Origin: a virus
Taxonomy: Duplodnaviria; Heunggongvirae; Uroviricota; Caudoviricetes
Reading direction: 5' to 3' (one strand)
Length of the DNA: 32,272 nucleotides
Virus record (IMG/VR): IMGVR_UViG_2778261667_000010
Span: 1-32,272 of that record
Part shown: positions 19,252 to 28,461 of the stretch, one piece after another
How the letters are laid out: the number at the start of each line of letters is the position of its first letter
Numbering within the stretch: position 1 is the first letter of the stretch
Made by a program: the position numbers and the translations under genes
Notes under the pieces: generated by a model
Told to the model about the DNA's origin: nothing
What the model saw: the letters and a program-made list of their open reading frames with translations, nothing else
Databases searched by the model: none

Positions 19252-20106
19252 TCAGCAGTTCGTCATCAGGGCGTCACCGCCACCACCGGTGGCCTTGCTG
19301 CGGCGCTGCTGGGTCAGACTTTCGGTGTGGTCGAGACTGTTTTTCAGGCGGGTGAATGCCTGACTGGTTTCATCCGCCCTGTCAGTCACATCCTGCTTAA
19401 GTGCGGAAAAGGCGGTTTCCATCTCAGCGAGTCGCTGCTCAGTGGCGCTCAGCTTTTCCTGCACATGTTCAGCAACAGCGGTCACCGCTTCATGCACGTC
19501 ATTCAGACGGGCGTCATCGCTGGCCTGTTTGCGGCCAAAAATGGATTTCACCTTTTCGGTCAGGGCGGTGAACACGGTTTCAGGCAGGTCTTCAAATTCC
19601 AGCTCAACAGGCGTTGCCACTGAAATCAGGTTTTCAGGGCTTAATTTGAAGCGGTTCAGGGGGTTGTGTTTTGCCGTGCGGCAGAATTCCAGGTATTCCG
19701 TGCCGAGGCTTGCCGGGTCATCGGTGACGGCCAGCCCCACCAGATAACATTTGCCGGTGTTGGCAAAGTTCGGCTGAATTTCCATTGAGGTATAGACCTT
19801 CTGCGCGGCCTTGTTCATCGCGATAAGGTCATCGGTCGGGGTGATTTTCGCAAACAGCGCCCATTTGCCTTTCAGCGCCGAATCATCGTCAATCTTTTCG
19901 GCCTTCAGTTCGGCCACATCGCCATAACGTTTAAAAATGCCGTCAGGCAGGATGCCGCGCAGATGTTCCAGGTTAATACGGCAACCATAGACTCGCGGGT
20001 CAAAGGTTTCGGCCATTTCCTGAATATCCTGCGCACTGATGACACGCCCGTCACAGGTGTCACCCTCAACGCCGATACGAAAGAATTTTGAGACTTTTTT
20101 TGCCAT
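19252..20106 (-). CDS. O: capsid scaffolding protein gpO (284 aa)
   Basis: Starts MAKKVSKFFRIGVEGDT at ATG 20104-20106; the track ORF is an extension. Confidence 0.9.
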   Translation of the reverse strand: MAKKVSKFFRIGVEGDTCDGRVISAQDIQEMAETFDPRVYGCRINLEHLRGILPDGIFKRYGDVAELKAEKIDDDSALKGKWALFAKITPTDDLIAMNKAAQKVYTSMEIQPNFANTGKCYLVGLAVTDDPASLGTEYLEFCRTAKHNPLNRFKLSPENLISVATPVELEFEDLPETVFTALTEKVKSIFGRKQASDDARLNDVHEAVTAVAEHVQEKLSATEQRLAEMETAFSALKQDVTDRADETSQAFTRLKNSLDHTESLTQQRRSKATGGGGDALMTNC

Positions 20107-20279
20107 TGTCAGGAGTCCTGAATAGTGATTAGAGGAGTCACATGTCGGCATCAGTTTCCCGACGATGCGCATCCTCCGCCATCAGTCCCGGATGGCTTAT
20201 CACTGACACAACAGCACCTTAGCGAATCGCGGGGCGCGACTCAGTAGCCTTGCCGTGTATTCATCACGGCGAGGTATTC
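20107..20279. promoter_or_regulatory. divergent late promoter region between O (minus) and P (plus)
   Basis: 173-bp intergenic region between divergently transcribed capsid and terminase operons, as in P2; individual Ogr sites not resolved. Confidence 0.45.
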
Positions 20280-22052
20280 ATGACCATCACCACAGACACC
20301 ACTCTTTTACACGACCCGCGTCGTCAGGCGGCGCTGCTGTACTGGCAGGGGTTTTCCGTGCCGCAGATTGCCGCCATGTTGCAGATGAAACGCCCGACGG
20401 TGCAGAGCTGGAAACAGCGCGACGGCTGGGACAGCGTTGCCCCCATCAGCCGTGTCGAAATGAGCCTGGAAGCGCGGCTGACCCAGCTCATCATCAAACC
20501 GCAGAAAACCGGCGGTGACTTCAAGGAAATTGACCTGCTGGGACGCCAGATTGAACGACTGGCACGGGTAAACCGCTACAGCCAGACCGGCAACGAGGCA
20601 GACCTTAATCCGAACGTCGCTAACCGCAACAAAGGCGGGCGTCGCAAACCGAAAAAGAATTTTTTCAGTGACGAAGCCATCGAAAAGCTGGAGCAGATTT
20701 TCTTTGAGCAGTCTTTCGACTATCAGTTGCACTGGTATCGCGCCGGGCTTGAGCACCGCATCCGCGATATCCTGAAATCCCGCCAGATTGGCGCGACGTT
20801 TTATTTTTCCCGCGAGGCACTGCTGCGCGCCCTGAAAACCGGTCATAACCAGATTTTTCTGTCGGCCAGTAAAACGCAGGCGTATGTGTTCCGCGAATAC
20901 ATCATCGCCTTTGCCCGTCTGGTGGACGTTGACCTTACCGGTGACCCGATTGTCCTGGGCAATAACGGCGCAAAACTGATTTTTCTCGGCACCAACTCCA
21001 ACACCGCGCAGAGCCATAACGGCGACCTGTACGTCGATGAGATTTTCTGGATCCCGAATTTTCAGGTACTGCGTAAGGTGGCATCAGGTATGGCCTCACA
21101 GAGTCACCTGCGCTCGACCTATTTCTCCACCCCGTCCACGCTGGCGCACGACGCCTACCCGTTCTGGTCAGGTGAACTGTTCAACCGGGGACGTGCCAGC
21201 GCCGCCGAACGTGTGGAAATCGACGTCAGTCATAACGCCCTTGCCAGCGGGCTTCTCTGTGCGGACGGCCAGTGGCGGCAGATTGTCACCATTGAGGACG
21301 CCCTGAAAGGCGGCTGCACACTGTTCGACATTGAGCAGCTCAAACGTGAAAACAGCGCCGACGATTTTAAAAACCTGTTCATGTGTGAATTTGTTGACGA
21401 CAAGGCGTCGGTGTTCCCGTTCGAGGAGCTGCAACGCTGCATGGTCGACACGCTGGAAGAATGGGAAGACTATGCGCCGTTTGCCGCCAATCCGTTCGGC
21501 TCACGTCCGGTATGGATTGGTTACGACCCGTCACACCGTGGCGACAGCGCCGGATGCGTGGTGCTGGCACCGCCGGTGGTGGCCGGTGGCAAATTCAGAA
21601 TACTTGAGCGTCACCAGTGGAAAGGCATGGACTTTGCCACCCAGGCGGAATCCATCCGCAAACTCACCGAAAAATACAACGTCGAATACATCGGTATTGA
21701 TGCCACCGGCCTTGGTGTCGGCGTGTTCCAGCTCGTGCGCTCGTTCTATCCCGCCGCGCGCGATATCCGCTACACGCCGGAAATGAAAACCGCAATGGTG
21801 CTCAAGGCAAAAGACGTTATCCGCCGTGGCTGTCTGGAATATGACGTCAGCGCCACCGACATCACCAGCTCGTTTATGGCTATCCGCAAGACCATGACCA
21901 GCAGCGGACGCAGCGCCACCTATGAGGCCAGCCGCAGCGAGGAAGCCAGCCACGCCGACCTCGCCTGGGCGACCATGCACGCTCTGTTAAATGAGCCACT
22001 CACCGCCGGTATCAGCACCCCGCTGACATCCACCATTCTGGAGTTTTACTGA
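20280..22052 (+). CDS. P: terminase large (ATPase) subunit gpP (590 aa)
   Basis: ATG at 20280 preceded by GAGG; MTITTDTTLLHD...; the track ORF begins at an upstream TTG. Confidence 0.9.
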   Translation: MTITTDTTLLHDPRRQAALLYWQGFSVPQIAAMLQMKRPTVQSWKQRDGWDSVAPISRVEMSLEARLTQLIIKPQKTGGDFKEIDLLGRQIERLARVNRYSQTGNEADLNPNVANRNKGGRRKPKKNFFSDEAIEKLEQIFFEQSFDYQLHWYRAGLEHRIRDILKSRQIGATFYFSREALLRALKTGHNQIFLSASKTQAYVFREYIIAFARLVDVDLTGDPIVLGNNGAKLIFLGTNSNTAQSHNGDLYVDEIFWIPNFQVLRKVASGMASQSHLRSTYFSTPSTLAHDAYPFWSGELFNRGRASAAERVEIDVSHNALASGLLCADGQWRQIVTIEDALKGGCTLFDIEQLKRENSADDFKNLFMCEFVDDKASVFPFEELQRCMVDTLEEWEDYAPFAANPFGSRPVWIGYDPSHRGDSAGCVVLAPPVVAGGKFRILERHQWKGMDFATQAESIRKLTEKYNVEYIGIDATGLGVGVFQLVRSFYPAARDIRYTPEMKTAMVLKAKDVIRRGCLEYDVSATDITSSFMAIRKTMTSSGRSATYEASRSEEASHADLAWATMHALLNEPLTAGISTPLTSTILEFY

Positions 22053-23086
22053 TGAGCAAGAAAAAAGGGAAAACACCGCAACCTGCGGCAAAAACAATGA
22101 CCGCCAGCGCCCCGAAAATGGAGGCATTCACCTTTGGCGAGCCGGTGCCGGTACTCGACCGCCGTGACATTCTGGATTACGTCGAATGCATCAGTAACGG
22201 CAGATGGTATGAGCCGCCGGTCAGCTTTACCGGTCTGGCAAAAAGTCTGCGTGCTGCCGTGCATCACAGCTCACCGATTTACGTCAAACGTAATATTCTG
22301 GCTTCAACGTTTATCCCGCACCCGTGGCTTTCCCAGCAGGATTTCAGCCGCTTTGTGCTGGATTTTCTGGTGTTCGGTAATGCGTTTCTGGAAAAGCGTT
22401 ACAGCACCACCGGTAAGGTCATCAGACTGGAAACCTCACCGGCAAAATATACCCGCCGTGGCGTGGAGGAGGATGTTTACTGGTGGGTGCCGTCCTTCAA
22501 CGAACCGACAGCCTTCACGCCCGGTTCCGTGTTTCACCTGCTGGAGCCGGATATTAATCAGGAGCTGTACGGCCTGCCGGAATATCTCAGCGCCCTTAAC
22601 TCTGCCTGGCTGAATGAGTCGGCCACGCTGTTCCGCCGCAAGTATTACGAAAACGGCGCACATGCCGGATACATCATGTACGTTACCGATGCCGTGCAGG
22701 ATCGCAACGATATCGAAATGCTTCGCGAAAACATGGTGAAGTCGAAAGGCCGCAACAACTTTAAAAATCTGTTTCTCTATGCCCCACAAGGGAAAGCCGA
22801 CGGCATTAAAATTATCCCGCTCAGTGAAGTGGCGACGAAGGACGATTTTTTTAATATCAAAAAAGCCAGTGCCGCAGACCTGCTGGACGCCCACCGCATC
22901 CCCTTTCAGTTGATGGGCGGCAAGCCGGAGAACGTCGGGTCGCTGGGTGATATTGAGAAAGTGGCAAAGGTCTTTGTCCGCAATGAGCTTATCCCGTTAC
23001 AGGACAGGATCCGAGAGATAAACGGCTGGCTCGGTCAGGAGGTCATCCGCTTTAAAAACTACTCACTGGACACTGACAACGACTGA
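22052..23086 (+). CDS. Q: portal protein gpQ (344 aa)
   Basis: ATGA overlap with P stop; length and synteny match P2 Q. Confidence 0.9.
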   Translation: MSKKKGKTPQPAAKTMTASAPKMEAFTFGEPVPVLDRRDILDYVECISNGRWYEPPVSFTGLAKSLRAAVHHSSPIYVKRNILASTFIPHPWLSQQDFSRFVLDFLVFGNAFLEKRYSTTGKVIRLETSPAKYTRRGVEEDVYWWVPSFNEPTAFTPGSVFHLLEPDINQELYGLPEYLSALNSAWLNESATLFRRKYYENGAHAGYIMYVTDAVQDRNDIEMLRENMVKSKGRNNFKNLFLYAPQGKADGIKIIPLSEVATKDDFFNIKKASAADLLDAHRIPFQLMGGKPENVGSLGDIEKVAKVFVRNELIPLQDRIREINGWLGQEVIRFKNYSLDTDND

Positions 23087-23090
23087 ACAT

Positions 23091-23113
23091 CGCCGCCTGC
23101 GGGCGGCTTTTTT
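23091..23113 (+). terminator. intrinsic terminator after Q
   Basis: Stem GCCGCC/GGCGGC with loop TGCG, followed by TTTTTT (23108-23113). Confidence 0.75.
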
Positions 23114-23255
23114 ACATCCCGTCATCACGCCCTCACACGCTCACCACCGCACAAAACACCCCTTAGACACACCAACGCCCCGACGCACAATCTAAACGCC
23201 ATCACGACGCGCTCAGACGCTGAAAAAATAAAATCAGCACCACCGCCAGCGCGCA

Positions 23256-23274
23256 GTGCTTTCCCCGCCTCGCC
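23256..23274. other. cos: cos cohesive-end sequence (19 nt)
   Basis: GTGCTTTCCCCGCCTCGCC is the reverse complement of the recalled P2/P4 cohesive end GGCGAGGCGGGGAAAGCAC. Confidence 0.75.
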
Positions 23275-23368
23275 CGCCCGCTTCATGGGGCGGTTTTGAT
23301 GCAACCTCGTATTAAAGGGGACACCATAGCCCATCAAACCTCAGACTTCGCCCCTAGCTAACGTTTAT

Positions 23369-23398
23369 GAATGCAATGTAATGCAACTTAATGCAAGT
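23369..23398 (+). repeat. three 10-bp-phased direct repeats of (T/G)AATGCAA upstream of the cargo gene
   Basis: ATGCAA at 23371-23376, 23381-23386 and 23391-23396, exactly 10 bp apart, 60-90 bp upstream of the ATG at 23458. Confidence 0.7.
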
Positions 23399-23457
23399 TA
23401 TGGTAATGATAATTCTGCGTTAACAATTAAACTAATGTACCTGTAAGAGGATAAAAA

Positions 23458-25941
23458 ATGTCTGGTTTTTTCCTTGATTTAACCAAGCTTTCGCCCAGTG
23501 TAAATAGCGACACAGCGATTCCACCGCGAGATATATTTACAGCTCTACCGAGCAAAGACACCAAATTTCAATACCCTCGAGATGTGCAATCAGAGGTCTG
23601 GGAAAAATGGTATGAAGCAAGGAGAAGCCCAACCAATGTAATAAAAATGAATACCGGAAGCGGTAAAACTTCAGTTGGGTTAATCATTCTTAAAAGCTGT
23701 ATAAATGAAGGAGAAGGTCCCGCTGTATATGTTGTTCCTGACAACTATCTAGTTGAGCAAGTGGTTTTGGAGGCTAATCAACTTGGTATACCTGTAACTC
23801 AAGATGAGAGGTCCCCCAAATTTATTGCAGGTAAAGAAATTTTAGTTACAAATATATTCAAAGTGGTTAATGGACGTTCTGCATTTGGCGTTGGAGATGA
23901 TGGACAAAAAATACCAATAGGTTCTATAATAATTGACGATGCTCACGCTTGCCTTTCTTCAATTGAAGAACAATTCTCCATTAGCATTCAAAAAAATAAC
24001 CCTGCCTATGATAAATTATTCAGAATTTTTGAAAATTCACTAATGACACAAGCTGGTGCAAAAACACTAGAGATAAAATCCGGCGATAGAAATGCTTATG
24101 TGAGAGTTCCATTTTGGAAATGGCAAGAAAGCATAAATGATATAATGACAATCTTGTTAGAAAATAAAGACCATGATGACTTGAGTTTCAAATGGCCATT
24201 AATAAAAGACAATCTAATATTATCGAAATGCGTTGTAAGTGCTTCCAAAATAGAGATATCACCTCATTGCATACCAATCCAAATGATCCCAAGCCTATCA
24301 AACGCAAGAAGAAAAATATTCATGACAGCTACTCTTGTCGATGAATCCATTCTAGCGAGCCACTTCGGAATAACGGATGAATCACTCTCTAATCCGATAA
24401 CACCAAAAACAATTGGTGATATTGGTGATAGAATGATACTAATGCCTCAGGTTATAAACCCTAGTCTTTCTGATGTAGATATCAAAGCTATGTGCAAGGA
24501 GATATCCTCCAAACATAATGTTGTTGTAATTGTACCATCCGATTACAGAACTAGATTTTGGCAAGATGTTGCAGACAGAATATTAGATAAAAATACAATT
24601 TATCAAGGTGTACAAGAATTAAGGACACAACATGTTGGCTTAGTAGTCCTAGTTAATAGATATGATGGTATTGATTTACCAAATACCGCATGTCGTCTAT
24701 TAGTAATAGATGGACTTCCTGACGTTCGTAGACTAATAGATAAAGTCTCACAAAGCTTATTGCTTGGAAGCGAAAAAACCAAAGATGAAATTATCCAGAA
24801 AATTGAACAAGGAATGGGGCGAGGAGTGAGATCAAGCGACGACTTCTGCGGAGTGATCTTACTTGGCAAAGCATTAAATGGCGCTGTTTTCCTTGGCTCC
24901 TCCTTAGAAAGGTTTTCTCCAGCAACGAAAGCACAAATTCAACTTTCACAGCAATTGGTATCGATACTGCCGGATACAACTATTGATTCAATCAAAGGTG
25001 CTCTTGATTATTGTCTGTTACGCAATTCTGACTGGGTCTCAAAAAGCAAAGGTATATTGACTGGCTTAACATTGGAAAATAAGCAGATTGACCAGCATAC
25101 TATAAACAAAAGATTGGCATATGACTTCGCATCACGAAATATGTTTCAACAAGCCGCTTTAACTCTAAAAAATGATAGTAGTACAGCTGACAAAGTTTAT
25201 AAGGGTTATCTAAAAGAACATGCTGCGGAATATGTAAACTTATATGACAAATCTGAAGCTCAGATATTGCTTCAGTCTGCATCAAACGATAACTATCGGG
25301 TATTAAAACCACTAATCGGCGTAACATATAATAGACTTAATGGTGCGGCACTTGAACAGGCCAGGGAATGTAGCTCCTATCTCAGAAGTAATTTTGAATC
25401 GGCGAATCAAGTCGTTGTGCATACTAATTCAATAATAGAAAACCTTATTTTCTCCGAGGGCACATCGAATCCCTTCGAAGATGCTATCGAAAAAGTTGCA
25501 TATTTGATCGGTTTTCGTAGCCAACGGCCAGAAAATGATACAGGTAAAGGACCTGACAATTTATGGGCAATGGGAGAAAACAATTATCTAGTAATTGAAT
25601 GCAAAAATGGAGCAACCGCAGAAAGAATAAGTAAGCATGACTGCAATCAGTTAAATGGGTCGGGTGCATGGTTCAGAAACATGTATGATCAAACTGCTAC
25701 CGCCACACCTATAATGATACATCACTCTAACATGCCTGAATATGCCGCAACACTAAACGAAGGGTCTCGAATAATGACCATAAATGATCTTGAACGTTTT
25801 AAAGCATCTATCCTCAGTTTTATCACGGCCATTTGTACAAGTGATAAACGACACGATGAGATATTTATAAGAGAACAATTGATCACATGTAAATTACGTG
25901 CATCAGACATAGTTGAAACCTATACGCGAAACCCTCGTTAA
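23458..25941 (+). CDS. cargo protein (827 aa): SF2 helicase-like ATPase with C-terminal PD-(D/E)xK-like nuclease motif; candidate anti-phage defence protein
   Basis: ATG 23458 with RBS AGAGGA 7 nt upstream; visibly AT-rich codon usage unlike flanking phage genes. Motif I NTGSGKT (23653-23670), motif II DDAH (23935-23946), motif V-like YDGIDLP, motif VI QGMGRGVR (24808-24831); C-terminal GPD (D700, 25555-25557) ... IECK (E714/K716, 25597-25605). Confidence 0.85.
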   Translation: MSGFFLDLTKLSPSVNSDTAIPPRDIFTALPSKDTKFQYPRDVQSEVWEKWYEARRSPTNVIKMNTGSGKTSVGLIILKSCINEGEGPAVYVVPDNYLVEQVVLEANQLGIPVTQDERSPKFIAGKEILVTNIFKVVNGRSAFGVGDDGQKIPIGSIIIDDAHACLSSIEEQFSISIQKNNPAYDKLFRIFENSLMTQAGAKTLEIKSGDRNAYVRVPFWKWQESINDIMTILLENKDHDDLSFKWPLIKDNLILSKCVVSASKIEISPHCIPIQMIPSLSNARRKIFMTATLVDESILASHFGITDESLSNPITPKTIGDIGDRMILMPQVINPSLSDVDIKAMCKEISSKHNVVVIVPSDYRTRFWQDVADRILDKNTIYQGVQELRTQHVGLVVLVNRYDGIDLPNTACRLLVIDGLPDVRRLIDKVSQSLLLGSEKTKDEIIQKIEQGMGRGVRSSDDFCGVILLGKALNGAVFLGSSLERFSPATKAQIQLSQQLVSILPDTTIDSIKGALDYCLLRNSDWVSKSKGILTGLTLENKQIDQHTINKRLAYDFASRNMFQQAALTLKNDSSTADKVYKGYLKEHAAEYVNLYDKSEAQILLQSASNDNYRVLKPLIGVTYNRLNGAALEQARECSSYLRSNFESANQVVVHTNSIIENLIFSEGTSNPFEDAIEKVAYLIGFRSQRPENDTGKGPDNLWAMGENNYLVIECKNGATAERISKHDCNQLNGSGAWFRNMYDQTATATPIMIHHSNMPEYAATLNEGSRIMTINDLERFKASILSFITAICTSDKRHDEIFIREQLITCKLRASDIVETYTRNPR

Positions 25942-25945
25942 ACAG

Positions 25946-25980
25946 TAAAAGACCACCTCCTAAGGAGGTGGTCCTTGTAT
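25946..25980 (+). terminator. stem-loop terminator after the cargo gene, possibly bidirectional
   Basis: Perfect 10-bp stem GACCACCTCC/GGAGGTGGTC with loop TAA (25951-25973), 9 nt after the stop; short T-runs on both strands. Confidence 0.6.
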
Positions 25981-26181
25981 AATAAAAAGAACCAGTTTTT
26001 ATTGTTAATAATACAATTCTCGAATTTCAACATAGACTTATTGTACCACCAGTAAAATCATCAATATTAATATATAGAAAAAAAAGAAATGTCGATTATT
26101 TGTACGTAGCGTAATCATATTAACATATACAGATAAACAGCAACCTTACCATTATGCAACCAATCTAAAACATTATGTTTA

Positions 26182-28461
26182 TTACTCTGAATAACCAGAA
26201 AACCCACTCCACTCATCTACACTAGGATATGAAAATTGCTTTTCATTGTAATTGACGATCGCACCGCGTACTAACGCCTCAAGCTCCCATCGCTGCGGCC
26301 TGATACCGTTTTGAGCAAGGTCAACACGGATACGGGTGATTTGCAATCGTTCAGACCGGGTCAGTCTGGCCGATGGTGCAATTTCATGTGGTTTTAACGG
26401 GCTTCCGTTTCTTTGCTGACGACTTGGCGTTCTCCGACCGTGTTTTAATGCACCCCTGAGCGCCCTCACTACCTCCGGGTCATTCCATTCGATAACACCG
26501 TCATCAACCAGATTTAGCACTGCTGCGGCGTGCTCAGAAGGTGTGGGAGCCGGTAACGAAGTATCACCACCGGTGAGCTTTCCACAGTTATTGACAGGAC
26601 TCCGAGGCGCGGCGATGCCGCTTTTTAAAGTCAAAGGCTCAACGACCGGAACTTTCGGCACAATGCGCCAGTCCGTCGTTCTGGTGATATGAATATGACG
26701 CGCGCCGAGATGCGGCGCGTAAATGCCGACCACTCTCTCGACTTCTTCCTCGTACTCGTTAACTTCATCCGACGGACTACGGGCAACCCTGACAGTCTGA
26801 CAATCGCGCGGAACATTTGCCCCACCCTGCGCGCTGATATACAACGCAAAATCACCACTGTCTGCGGCAGCGCGTGCAGCCTCGACGCGTTCGTCAAACT
26901 CATCAGCAATGCTGACGCCGCGAGGCAATTTGCGTAGTTCACGGTAAGCCCCCATTGTCGGCAGGCCAACCGTTTTAAATTGCGGAATGCGCCACGTTGA
27001 CGCCCATGCGGTAACAGCCGCGGCAGTGTCTTTCAGCGGCCTGCCGGTATCGTTATCGAGCTGACCATCCAGTGCATAGCCGTCGATATTTTTCGAAATG
27101 TATTTCGCGATATATCCCGCAGCACCGCCCCGGTTAAGGTGTTTTGCCTGAAAACGGTTTCGCGCGGCTCCTCTTTCGTCGCCATCCTCTTTGAGCGCAT
27201 AGCGACGCATGATTTCGATAATCTGGTTACGCTGGCGTGGATTACAAAAAAGCATCATATGCCAGTGCGGCGTTCCGTCGTGGTGTGGCTCGACGACTCG
27301 CAAACCGTAGACCTGTAAATCATTATCCTTGAATGCCGTGCGCATCAGGCTCCAGATACGGCAGAGATAACGCTGCGCATCCTTTGGATTAAATGCCTCA
27401 TCATTCCAGCCGTGATTAAGCTGGACGGTTTTATTTTCGCCTTTTCCAACCTGACGTGTCGGGTGATACTTTGACGGCGCGGTAAGCGTGATAAACATCC
27501 CCACATCACCCTCTGAGGCGGCGTAACGCTCAATACCGGCAATGGTGTTCATCAGCTCCATCCGGCGAATTTCAGGATTAGAAATACTGCCCATCACCTT
27601 ACTGATAAGGTCGATGCGCTCGCCGGTTTCCCTGTTTTCAAGGTCACACGATTTAAGAAATTCCAGATTTGCCTGGCGGCGCGCACGCACATCACGAATG
27701 GCATGTTTACTGGCATAAGGAGAACAGTCTTTATTCACCTCCCCGACAGCAATCAGTAACGCCTCATGCCAGCGCATACGCTGGCCTTTAAGCTGATGAG
27801 TCCACCACTCATCGTTAAACAGACGGGCAATGGCAGAATATGCCTGCCTCGTGGTCATCTGTCCTTTACGGTATTTTTTCCAGTAGAGAGGGGAAATATT
27901 GAAAGCACGTGCAGCGCCAGCAACATGACCATAGAGGTGAGCCTGCGCCTCATCCGTAAACAGCGATTCTTTCTCGCCATGCGCATCCACCCAGGCATCG
28001 CAGAGTTCCTCATACATCATGAAAAGCTGTGATGAGATACGGGCGGCAAACTTTTTCAGCTCCTTGTCATTCATCCCCGGCAGGCGCGCATACTGGTCGC
28101 GCTCTGCCAGAAACAGCAACGACGCGTCGGTGTTCATTTCATGGCGCTGATTCACGCGCTCAATGCGCGGCCATAAACGACGCTGAAAAGTGGATGTGAG
28201 GAAATAAAACCCGTGCACCGGGCTTTTATTGCGCCGGATGTAGTCATAGCGTGAAGTAAACAGCGAGCGCAAAAAGTAAGGCAGGCGGTTAATCGTGGAT
28301 AAAACACCTTGCACCTGACGCATCTCGTCACGTGTAAGGGGTCTTTCGTGCCCGACAGCCTCGCGTGGCGCGTTCCATGCATAAGCACCGGTAAACGCCT
28401 TACCGGTGCCTGCGGCAAATGCTGACGGAGGGACAAAACGCCCGGAGGCTTTAACGGCCAT
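26182..28461 (-). CDS. A: replication initiation protein gpA (rolling-circle nickase, about 759 aa)
   Basis: Near-identical to recalled P2 gpA (MAVKASGRFVPPSAF...); ATG at 28459-28461. The track start at 28503 is a TTG extension. Confidence 0.9.
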   Translation of the reverse strand: MAVKASGRFVPPSAFAAGTGKAFTGAYAWNAPREAVGHERPLTRDEMRQVQGVLSTINRLPYFLRSLFTSRYDYIRRNKSPVHGFYFLTSTFQRRLWPRIERVNQRHEMNTDASLLFLAERDQYARLPGMNDKELKKFAARISSQLFMMYEELCDAWVDAHGEKESLFTDEAQAHLYGHVAGAARAFNISPLYWKKYRKGQMTTRQAYSAIARLFNDEWWTHQLKGQRMRWHEALLIAVGEVNKDCSPYASKHAIRDVRARRQANLEFLKSCDLENRETGERIDLISKVMGSISNPEIRRMELMNTIAGIERYAASEGDVGMFITLTAPSKYHPTRQVGKGENKTVQLNHGWNDEAFNPKDAQRYLCRIWSLMRTAFKDNDLQVYGLRVVEPHHDGTPHWHMMLFCNPRQRNQIIEIMRRYALKEDGDERGAARNRFQAKHLNRGGAAGYIAKYISKNIDGYALDGQLDNDTGRPLKDTAAAVTAWASTWRIPQFKTVGLPTMGAYRELRKLPRGVSIADEFDERVEAARAAADSGDFALYISAQGGANVPRDCQTVRVARSPSDEVNEYEEEVERVVGIYAPHLGARHIHITRTTDWRIVPKVPVVEPLTLKSGIAAPRSPVNNCGKLTGGDTSLPAPTPSEHAAAVLNLVDDGVIEWNDPEVVRALRGALKHGRRTPSRQQRNGSPLKPHEIAPSARLTRSERLQITRIRVDLAQNGIRPQRWELEALVRGAIVNYNEKQFSYPSVDEWSGFSGYSE

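Noticed and set aside
20307-21017. 236-aa minus-strand ORF within terminase gene P
   Set aside because: Antisense to the confidently identified P gene; no features; spurious.
23280-23362. 20-codon ORF (MQPRIKGDTIAHQTSDFAPS) between cos and the repeats
   Set aside because: Too short, no RBS, and lies in the presumed cos recognition region; not called.
24603-25910. Several 60-90-aa minus-strand ORFs inside the cargo gene
   Set aside because: All antisense to the large ORF in AT-rich sequence where stop-free stretches are short and random; no RBS; spurious.
23458-25941. Possibility that the cargo gene is a P2 old homologue
   Set aside because: OLD-family proteins are ABC-type ATPases with a Toprim domain; this protein shows SF2 helicase motifs and a PD-(D/E)xK-like C-terminus instead. 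No tin-like ORF is present either.
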